From Nanopusillaceae archaeon (GTDB lineage Archaea > Nanobdellota > Nanobdellia > Nanobdellales > Nanobdellaceae): a DNA stretch of 7,629 bases. The notes under the pieces are model-generated. The model was not told where the DNA came from. It did no database searches and was given only the letters and a program-made list of their open reading frames with translations. Positions 1 to 6,167 of the stretch are shown here, one piece after another. Numbering within the stretch: position 1 is the first letter of the stretch; the number at the start of each line of letters is the position of its first letter. Position numbers and translations under genes: made by a program. Where the stretch lies: contig JBMFJL010000027.1 in NCBI GenBank assembly GCA_049973735.1, forward strand, positions 1 through 7,629. Direction: 5' to 3'.

Positions 1-1116
1 TGGATTTAATGTTTCACCAGTATTTAGAATAATTCTTAGCGAAGAAGTATCTCCAGCTTTAACTGATTCATCTCCTATTGATTTCAGTGTATATAACAAT
101 CCAGTAACGGTCCATATTAGGGATACATTAAATCTTTCTATTACTCTAGACCAAAGATCAGGTGCATAAGTATGGGATCCTTCAAAAATGACAGCTGTTG
201 TTCCAGATACAGGAGCAGTATAAAGATTTGCCATTGGCCAATCCAGATATCCTACATTAGCATACGTCCACCAAACATCATTTGGCCTAAAGCCATAAAT
301 TGCATTAAAAACCCAGTTTAATGTTAAAGCTAACCCGACATGAGTATGTGTTATTCCTTTAGGTTTTCCTGTTGTTCCACTCGTATAGCTGATCATACCG
401 ACTTCATTAGCTTCTACTGGTTCTGGAGGAACGTAGACCTTACCCTTTGGAGCTATATCTTCATAAACTAAGTCTCTACCTTGTTTCAAATCAAAATTGG
501 AGGATCCTCTACTCACAACAAGAACTTTTTCTACGGGTAAATTAAATTTATTGGCTACATTATCAAAATAGTTCTTTATATTAATTTCACTTCCCGCATT
601 AATTGTGTTTGCAAATACTACAGCATATTTTGATCCTGTATCGACAATTCTTGTTGCAATGACCTCATCAGATAAACCAATGTAATGGTTGACCATTATA
701 GCCCCTAATCTATGCACCGCTAATCCGAAAGCAACTGCTTCAGGAGAACTAGCCAAAATCATAGATACGGTATCTCCATGTTTTACTCCCATTTCTTTCA
801 AAACATAAGCTGCTCTATTTACCTCATAATACAAGTCTTGATATGTTATTGACCTTGTATTACGTTTTTCGTCCATCCAATAAAATATTACTTTATTCGC
901 TTCATTTGGTAAATGCCTGTCAACAGCGTTATATGCTAAATTTGAAATTCCTCCAACAAACCATTTTTCATAAGGTGGATTACCTTCTAATATTTTAATA
1001 GGTTCTTTGAACCAACTAATTAGGTTTAGCCTATCTTTCCAAAATTTTTCAGGATTATTTAATCCTTCTTTATTGATCTTTATTATTTTCTTATAAGAAA
1101 AAAACTCTGCGTCCAT
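1..1116 (-). CDS. AMP-forming acyl-CoA synthetase, acetyl-CoA-synthetase-like (N-terminal 372 codons; C-terminus lies beyond the window start)
   Basis: Hand translation of the reverse strand from the ATG (complement of 1114-1116) is stop-free for 372 codons down to position 1. Sequence: MDAEFFSYKKIIKINKEGLNNPEKFWKDRLNLISWFKEP...FVGGISNLAYNAVDRHL...MISYTSGTTGKPKGITHTH...SSLRIILNTGETLNP. YTSGTTGKPKG (nt 355-390) is the ANL-superfamily AMP-binding motif. The FW..W..P and N..DRH N-terminal blocks are typical of the acetyl-CoA synthetase branch. Substrate cannot be assigned. Confidence 0.85.
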   Translation of the reverse strand, partial: MDAEFFSYKKIIKINKEGLNNPEKFWKDRLNLISWFKEPIKILEGNPPYEKWFVGGISNLAYNAVDRHLPNEANKVIFYWMDEKRNTRSITYQDLYYEVNRAAYVLKEMGVKHGDTVSMILASSPEAVAFGLAVHRLGAIMVNHYIGLSDEVIATRIVDTGSKYAVVFANTINAGSEINIKNYFDNVANKFNLPVEKVLVVSRGSSNFDLKQGRDLVYEDIAPKGKVYVPPEPVEANEVGMISYTSGTTGKPKGITHTHVGLALTLNWVFNAIYGFRPNDVWWTYANVGYLDWPMANLYTAPVSGTTAVIFEGSHTYAPDLWSRVIERFNVSLIWTVTGLLYTLKSIGDESVKAGDTSSLRIILNTGETLNP

Positions 1117-1141
1117 ATTCTCTCGCCCGCACACAATTTAG

Positions 1142-1149
1142 TATATAAA
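1142..1149 (-). promoter_or_regulatory. TATA box (TTTATATA on the minus strand) for the acyl-CoA synthetase gene, implying a leaderless or near-leaderless mRNA
   Basis: The box centre is about 29 nt upstream of the A of the ATG at 1116. There is no GGTGA-type SD between box and start. This spacing is typical of Sulfolobales leaderless transcripts. A second TATA-like TTTAAATA (complement of 1156-1163) lies further upstream. Confidence 0.45.
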
Positions 1150-1378
1150 GGTGAATATTTAAATTTTTTATATTACATCTATTTAACTAGAAAATTAAAA
1201 ATCTGTAATGATTTGAGTTTTTATAATATTTAAAACTTAAATTATTATTAAAGAACATTATTATTTATAATAACCCTGGCCAGTGAATTTTTATACTAAT
1301 CATTTTGATGCTTTAATAAAAAGTATTGGATAGTTGCTTTTTGAAGAGAATAATAAAGTAAAAAAATTTTCTAATATT

Positions 1379-1410
1379 AATTATATAATTTATATAATTT
1401 TATATAAATT
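1379..1410. repeat. Overlapping AT palindromes / three phased TATATAA(T/A)TT copies in the divergent spacer
   Basis: AATTATATAATT (1379-1390) is a perfect 12-bp palindrome. AATTTATATAA-tt-TTATATAAATT (1387-1410) is a perfect 11-bp inverted repeat with a 2-nt spacer. TATATAA cores start at 1382, 1391 and 1401, a 9-10 bp period. The block lies 80-110 nt upstream of the transporter start. Confidence 0.4.
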
Positions 1411-1481
1411 ATAGCATACATATTTGTGTTAATAAAAGCATAAATAGTTGTAGTTATAATTAGACAAATAGTTTAGCGTCA

Positions 1482-1486
1482 GGTGA
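1482..1486 (+). promoter_or_regulatory. Shine-Dalgarno GGTGA for the MFS transporter
   Basis: GGTGA sits 3 nt upstream of ATG 1490 and is complementary to the conserved crenarchaeal 16S 3' tail (…UCACCUC…). Confidence 0.5.
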
Positions 1487-1489
1487 ATT

Positions 1490-2794
1490 ATGGTGGGTAT
1501 GAGCAATACTCAACCTGTTAAATCTTATCGTGAAGCACTTAAGCTAGCAATATCCGCAAACTTAGGTTGGGGTTTTGAACTTTTTGACCTAGTTGTTTAT
1601 CTTTATGCCGGTATAGTTATGGCCGAACTTTTCTTCCCATCAACAAGTTATTTTGCTAGCCTTTTGGCGTTTTATTTAACTCTCGTTTTAGGCTATTTCG
1701 CAAGGCCAATAGGGGCTATAATCTTTGGTCATTATGGCGATAAGATCGGAAGAAAGCACATATGGTTTGTATCTCTTTTAGGTATGGGCATAGCAACTAT
1801 ACTTATAGGATTTTTACCTACATATTCACAAGTTGGAATTCTGGCACCAATTCTTATATCGATACTTAGGTTTGTTCAAGGCTTTTTCCTTGCAGGTGAA
1901 TGGGGAGGAGGAATGACTTTTGTTGTTGAGAACGCTCCCGACAACAGAAGAGGTTTGTTTGGAGGAATACAGCAAGGTGGAGCAGCACTTGGGCTTATAT
2001 TTGCTGTAGCGGCATCCGAGATGGCTCATTTTATCGCCCCTACTCCTGCGTCTTTTAGTACTTTAGGTTGGAGGGTAATGTTTTGGTTCGGCGCCATACC
2101 ATTAATAATAGCTCTTGCTGTTAGGTGGAGCGTGTCAGAAAGTATAGAGTGGGCTATGAAAGCCAAAGCTAATCCTGAGAAGATACCTATTATCACAGTA
2201 TTCAAAAAGCATTGGAAGCTTGTTATAATATCAACTTTAATAATATTTGGTGAATCAGTTATGTATTATGGTGTTGTAGCATTTATGCCAAATTTCTTAG
2301 CTTTATATACTAAATTAACGGCTAAACAGATTGGATATGAGGTTTTGATAGCAAACATTGTATGGTACGTCACATCACCTATATTAGGATATACAAGTGA
2401 TATACTAAAATCTAGGAAATATTATCTTGCAGCAATATATGTTATAACAGCTGTGCTTGTGTATCCATTGATTTCAATGCTTTACTCAAATAATTTTACG
2501 ACTATAGCAATAAGCAGTGCTATTATAGGATTCTTGTTTAGTTGGCAATATTCAATACTTCCTTCATTTCTTGCTGAAAACATAAGCACGAGAGTTAGAT
2601 ACTCCTACATAGCCTTTGTGTTAAACTTAGGTGTAGCCTTCTCTTCATTCGCACCATATGTTGTCACAGCCTTAGGCCTGATATTAAAAAGTGCTGTTCT
2701 AGGAGACATCTCATTTGTTTTAATGGCAGTAATAATAGCTGCCGTATTTACATTAATTTCACCTAAAGATAGAGTTGGACAACCACTAATGTAA
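1490..2794 (+). CDS. MFS transporter, metabolite:H+ symporter (MHS, ProP/KgtP/ShiA-like) family
   Basis: 434-aa ORF with a multi-span hydrophobic profile. GHYGDKIGRKH (nt 1727-1759) is the MFS loop 2-3 motif. RFVQGFFLAGEWGGGMTFVVENAPDNRRGLFGG (nt 1868-1966) matches the MHS-family GE(W/Y)xG...E.AP..RRG signature. It ends in tandem stops, TAA TAA (2792-2797). Confidence 0.9.
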   Translation: MVGMSNTQPVKSYREALKLAISANLGWGFELFDLVVYLYAGIVMAELFFPSTSYFASLLAFYLTLVLGYFARPIGAIIFGHYGDKIGRKHIWFVSLLGMGIATILIGFLPTYSQVGILAPILISILRFVQGFFLAGEWGGGMTFVVENAPDNRRGLFGGIQQGGAALGLIFAVAASEMAHFIAPTPASFSTLGWRVMFWFGAIPLIIALAVRWSVSESIEWAMKAKANPEKIPIITVFKKHWKLVIISTLIIFGESVMYYGVVAFMPNFLALYTKLTAKQIGYEVLIANIVWYVTSPILGYTSDILKSRKYYLAAIYVITAVLVYPLISMLYSNNFTTIAISSAIIGFLFSWQYSILPSFLAENISTRVRYSYIAFVLNLGVAFSSFAPYVVTALGLILKSAVLGDISFVLMAVIIAAVFTLISPKDRVGQPLM

Positions 2795-2808
2795 TAAGAT
2801 TAAAGTTA

Positions 2809-2826
2809 CTTTTTTATCAATTTTTC
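2809..2826 (+). terminator. Oligo-T archaeal terminator after the transporter gene
   Basis: CTTTTTTATCAATTTTTC contains a T6 run (2810-2815) and a T5 run (2821-2825), beginning 15 nt after the stop codon. Confidence 0.45.
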
Positions 2827-3002
2827 AAGAATATATTAATTGTTAATTATGCGATTACTGATGTACAGCGAATTTGCTTAAGGGACTGTAGTTAATATAG
2901 TAATGATTAAAATATAACTGAATTAAAAAAATTAATTATGCAAATAACCGAGATAGAAATCAAATTATTAATGTATTGGCAAACTGTTAATTAGTTAACG
3001 AC

Positions 3003-3023
3003 AAGAAAATATAATAAAAGAAA
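3003..3023 (-). terminator. T-rich terminator after the HTH regulator gene
   Basis: The minus strand reads TTTCTTTTATTATATTTTCTT, starting about 20 nt downstream of the TGA stop (complement of 3045-3047). Confidence 0.4.
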
Positions 3024-3044
3024 TTAGTTTAATTGTTTCAGAAG

Positions 3045-3797
3045 TCATTCCAAGACAGTAAGGAAGTTAGAATCCTCAGAACTGATTTTTGATCTTAGTC
3101 TTTTTATTAATTGATCTATATCTTTAACAAGGCTTAATATTAATGATACACCTTCTAATCTAGCTAATTCAATCGCGAATGAATCTATATATCTTCTAGG
3201 CCCATGTATAATAATAATTCTGGGTTTCACTAAAGAAACCCTTACGGCTACCATGGGGCTTCTGCCTGCTGTAACATTGGAAAATACGATAGCTCTTTCA
3301 GGTGTTGAGCCTAAAAGAAAATAAAACTGGGGGCCACTGAGTTTTGCTATAGCCCTAATACTATCTATCAAAGTATAACCGTATGCTTTTATCTCATTTG
3401 AATAATCTGGGGTTAAAAGAATTCCATCAACTAATTCTATTAAATCTGCAATAGATAAAGGCTCATTAAATTCCATCATATCTATTACTGCTCCTCTAGG
3501 TATACCTAAAGCCTTAGATAATGAATCTACCTTTTTCCAACCCTTTTGATAATCTATAACTAAAAGTGCTTTTACGAATCTTTTTATAAAATTAACCCCT
3601 GGTTTTCTTCTACCTTTTTCATAATCACTAATAACGCTGGCTGAAACTCCCATTACGTTAGCAACTTCAAGTTGCGAAACTTCAAAATATTCCCTCCATT
3701 TTTTTAAGCCAACATTAGGATTTCTATTGTAAACTATATCACCTGATATTCTTTTGGCTATAAGATCTTCAATAAAATTTTGAAATGTTTCTTCCAT
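3045..3797 (-). CDS. XRE/Cro-C1-type helix-turn-helix transcriptional regulator with an uncharacterised ~170-aa C-terminal domain
   Basis: 250-aa ORF. Residues 31-78 (nt 3564-3707), LKKWREYFEVSQLEVANVMGVSASVISDYEKGRRKPGVNFIKRFVKAL, fit the HTH_3 pattern (S-Q..(L/V)A...G(V/I)S...IS..E.G.R.P). The remainder (…GSTPERAIVFSNVTAGRSPMVAVRVSLVKPRIIIIHGPRR…) has no motif I can name. It resembles an archaea-specific predicted-regulator family, but that recollection is unverified. Confidence 0.8.
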   Translation of the reverse strand: MEETFQNFIEDLIAKRISGDIVYNRNPNVGLKKWREYFEVSQLEVANVMGVSASVISDYEKGRRKPGVNFIKRFVKALLVIDYQKGWKKVDSLSKALGIPRGAVIDMMEFNEPLSIADLIELVDGILLTPDYSNEIKAYGYTLIDSIRAIAKLSGPQFYFLLGSTPERAIVFSNVTAGRSPMVAVRVSLVKPRIIIIHGPRRYIDSFAIELARLEGVSLILSLVKDIDQLIKRLRSKISSEDSNFLTVLE

Positions 3798-3829
3798 TCT
3801 TGCCCTCTTTTATGGGTATTATTCAATGC

Positions 3830-3837
3830 TTATAAAA
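3830..3837 (-). promoter_or_regulatory. TATA box (TTTTATAA on the minus strand) for the regulator gene
   Basis: The box centre is about 36 nt upstream of ATG 3797. That predicts a transcript starting near 3807 with a ~10-nt leader, GAGGGCAAGA, which carries a GAGG SD-like element. Confidence 0.4.
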
Positions 3838-4521
3838 TAATTAGTTGATTAGTTGGAATTAAAATTATTTTAAAAATAAATTTATTTCTTTATCTAGATA
3901 TTGCTAACATAAGGATACATTTGATTCATCAAAAAATTACAAATATGTTAAGATTAGCTTTAAACGAAATAGCTTATAGTATGAAATTACAAAATAATAA
4001 CTTATAAATTTTATGTTATTTTTATTATCATAACGAGATTCTTAGGGAATTATTTTATAATAAAAGTTTACTTAATAATAATCTCATATATAAAATTAGC
4101 AGTATAAATTCTCATTCTACAAATGAAATTATAAATGCAAAGAAAGAAAAGACGAATGATTGAATACAGGCTAAAACATAGAGAAAGGTAAGATATGACA
4201 AATTTTATGATAATTTATTTTTATTTTCCTTTGAATAATAAAGAGTAATCTTTTAAGTTACATATAATAAACACTATTACATTTAAAGACTTGGTTTTTT
4301 GTGAAATTTTTTATACATTAATATCCTATGCTAAAATATTTATTCATGTATGAAGCTTATCATATTCATACCAAAAAATTTGATTTCTTTATTGTTGCAA
4401 GATCAACTTAATTCATAATGTCAAAAAGCTTAAATACATGTTTAGTTATTTAAAAAGTGAAATGCTTATACAGTATGCTATAAGGTAGACTATTCAGTAT
4501 ACCATAATAGAGTGAAAACGA

Positions 4522-5676
4522 ATGTGCGCTAGTTATTTAGTATTAGGCGGAGCAGGAGATATGGGCAGTGCTGCTGTTAAGGATTTATATAGTAGTAATG
4601 TTGATGAGGTTATCATTGCTGACATAAATAAGGATTCTGCAGACAAGCTAGCAGCAGAACTAAGAAACCAAGGCACATCTTTAACGAAAATCTCCACGAT
4701 AAAATTAGATGTCAATGATACCCAACAACTTATTAATGCAGCTAAAGATGCAGACATTATAATAAATACTGTCGGCCCATTTTATAAATATGAAAAATTG
4801 ATCATAGAATCATTATTAAAAATTGGCAAAGATTATGTTGATATTAGTGATGACTATGATGCCACGATAGACGTGTTGAATCTGTCTGATAAAATAAAAA
4901 ATAGTGGTTCAAGGATATTAATAGGTATGGGATGGACACCAGGTATTACTAACGTATGTTCTCGGGCTGGCTATGATTATCTTGATGAAAAAGATGATAT
5001 AAACATTGCATGGGTTGGAAGTGCAGCAGATGCCAAGGGTATTGCAGTTATACTTCATACTTTTCATGCAGTTACAGGTGATGTACCAATGTATATTAAT
5101 GGAGAGTTAACTTATGTAGCAGCATTGCAATCAGAATTGACTGTGGAGTTTCCTAAACCAATTGGCAAGGTAAAAGTTTCTTATACAGGTCACCCAGAGC
5201 CGATAACAATACCGAGGTATTTAAAGGGTTTAAAGAATGTAATAGTGCAAGGTGGATTGATTCCAGATTGGCAAAACAATTTATTAAGACAACTATCTAT
5301 TATTGGACTTACGGAGAATAAGGTAGTAGATGTTCATGGTATTAAAATAAATGCTAGGGAATTTCTTGCATATTTTGTTCATCAAACATATGAGCAATTT
5401 ATGTCAGGAGGTGTTGAAGCATCGGGCTTTTGGGTTGAAGTTAGAGGAAGAAAAGATGGTAAATTAACTCTTATAAGATACAGCGGTGCGGATAGAATGT
5501 ATAAACTAACAGGTTGGCCTGCTAGTATTGGTGCGCAATATATCGTTAAAAACAGAAATAATATAGCTCCTGGGCTTTATGCGCCTGAAGGAGTTATTGA
5601 TCCTACATGGTTCTTAAATGAACTTAAGAAGAGAGGTATCAGAGTTAAAAAAGAAGTTATTGTAATAGAGGAATAA
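4522..5676 (+). CDS. Saccharopine-dehydrogenase-family NAD(P)-dependent oxidoreductase (substrate unknown)
   Basis: 384-aa ORF. The N-terminal Rossmann segment is YLVLGGAGDMGSAAVKDL…VIIADIN…KLDVND…LINAAKDADIIINTVGPFYKYEKLIIESLLKIGKDYVDISDD. It is followed by GMGWTPGITNV, which together give the layout of the Sacchrp_dh NADP-binding plus C-terminal domains. An imperfect SD, GAGTGA (4510-4515), lies 6 nt upstream of the ATG. Confidence 0.85.
   Translation: MCASYLVLGGAGDMGSAAVKDLYSSNVDEVIIADINKDSADKLAAELRNQGTSLTKISTIKLDVNDTQQLINAAKDADIIINTVGPFYKYEKLIIESLLKIGKDYVDISDDYDATIDVLNLSDKIKNSGSRILIGMGWTPGITNVCSRAGYDYLDEKDDINIAWVGSAADAKGIAVILHTFHAVTGDVPMYINGELTYVAALQSELTVEFPKPIGKVKVSYTGHPEPITIPRYLKGLKNVIVQGGLIPDWQNNLLRQLSIIGLTENKVVDVHGIKINAREFLAYFVHQTYEQFMSGGVEASGFWVEVRGRKDGKLTLIRYSGADRMYKLTGWPASIGAQYIVKNRNNIAPGLYAPEGVIDPTWFLNELKKRGIRVKKEVIVIEE
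5668..5671 (+). promoter_or_regulatory. SD-like GAGG for the first SCP2-like gene, inside the end of the upstream CDS
   Basis: GAGG lies 7 nt upstream of ATG 5679. The upstream stop (TAA 5674-5676) is only 2 nt from the start, which suggests translational coupling. Confidence 0.4.
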
Positions 5677-5678
5677 CT

Positions 5679-6152
5679 ATGAAAGCATATAAGCAATTAG
5701 TTTATGGAACGCAAGAATATCTTAATGAGCTGAAGGATATTCTAAATTTAGACGAGAGATTTAGGGAACTTAGCAAAGGTATATATAATGCTACTGAATT
5801 AATAATCGTCAAAGAACTTAATATAGGTATCTGGCAGCAAACACTAGATGGCGAAATTAAAGAGCTTTTATTAATACCCAAGTCTAAGTTAATGGATTAT
5901 GAAAAACAAGCTGAACTTAAGTATTACATTGATAATTATAATAATATGGTGAAGATATGTAACGGTGAAGATAGTTTCATTAGCATGGTTATAGATGGCT
6001 CTATTGAAGTTAATGGAAACATAAAGAAGCTAAAAAGAATACAAGCACCAAGTGAAAGAATGGAGATTATAATGAGAGAGTTGTGCCAGAGTTCGTTAGT
6101 ATTAACCAAGGAGCAGTATATAAGATGGCTTTCTAAAAATGGTTATATATAG
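5679..6152 (+). CDS. Small cytosolic protein, SCP2 (sterol-carrier-protein-2)-like fold with a ~35-aa C-terminal extension
   Basis: 157-aa ORF with no hydrophobic spans. The segment NMVKICNGEDSFISMVIDGSIEVNGNIKKLKRI follows the SCP2 C-terminal pattern (G…..(F/Y)..G.(I/L)(K/E)(I/V).G(N/D)). It is clearly paralogous to the next ORF (YLNELKDIL vs LFNELENIL; DGSIEVNG vs DGVIEVYG). Confidence 0.6.
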   Translation: MKAYKQLVYGTQEYLNELKDILNLDERFRELSKGIYNATELIIVKELNIGIWQQTLDGEIKELLLIPKSKLMDYEKQAELKYYIDNYNNMVKICNGEDSFISMVIDGSIEVNGNIKKLKRIQAPSERMEIIMRELCQSSLVLTKEQYIRWLSKNGYI

Positions 6153-6157
6153 TTGTG

Positions 6158-6162
6158 GGTGA
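6158..6162 (+). promoter_or_regulatory. Shine-Dalgarno GGTGA for the second SCP2-like gene
   Basis: A perfect GGTGA lies 5 nt upstream of an in-frame GTG at 6168. No comparable motif precedes the TTG at 6153 that the ORF track uses. Confidence 0.5.
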
Positions 6163-6167
6163 ATAAA

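Noticed and set aside
1132-1134. Alternative in-frame GTG start six codons upstream of the synthetase ATG
   Set aside because: It would sit about 11 nt from the best TATA box (1142-1149). The ATG at 1116 gives canonical promoter spacing. The GTG cannot be fully excluded because a second TATA-like box at 1156-1163 would fit it.
1274-1290. Replication-origin ORB-like string (CCAGTGAA resembles the CCAGTGGAAA ORB core), with the long AT-rich spacers as possible origins
   Set aside because: The resemblance is single and imperfect. There is no inverted pair of ORB or mini-ORB elements flanking an unwinding region, and no cdc6/orc1 or whiP gene nearby.
1826-2029. 67-aa minus-strand ORF from the track
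   Set aside because: It lies entirely antisense within the well-supported MFS transporter CDS. It has a Ser/Cys/Lys-rich, low-complexity composition and no promoter or SD context. It is a typical shadow ORF.
2854-2904. Imperfect hairpin (ATTACT/AGTAAT outer stem and TACAG/CTGTA inner stem) between the convergent genes
   Set aside because: The stems are only 6 and 5 bp, mostly A:U, with a 4x8 internal loop and a 17-nt apical loop. This is too weak to call a structured RNA or a terminator. Archaeal termination is adequately explained by the flanking T-tracts.
2850-2925. Possible C/D-box sRNA (ATGATTA … CTGA, and CTGATG) in the convergent spacer
   Set aside because: The box C-like element has a mismatch (ATGATTA rather than RTGATGA). 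The spacing to CTGA is only 8 nt against the usual ~12. No matching C'/D' pair or terminal stem exists on either strand.
2938-2994. 18-codon ORF (MQITEIEIKLLMYWQTVN) with a TATA-like string ~26 nt upstream
   Set aside because: It has no compositional island and no distinct terminator. In DNA this AT-rich, TATA-like strings and short ORFs arise by chance. The same applies to the 20-codon ORF at 3945-4007 and the 27-codon ORF at 4328-4411.
3825-4470. Exact 10-mer repeats in the long spacer: AATGCTTATA (3825-3834 and 4461-4470) and AAATTACAAA (3934-3943 and 3984-3993)
   Set aside because: A back-of-envelope estimate for 724 bp at ~80% AT predicts several exact 10-mer repeat pairs by chance (about 5), so these are not significant on their own.
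4533-4757. 74-aa minus-strand ORF from the track
   Set aside because: It is antisense to the Rossmann-fold region of the SDH-like gene. Its Ser/Leu/Ala-rich shadow composition carries no independent signals.
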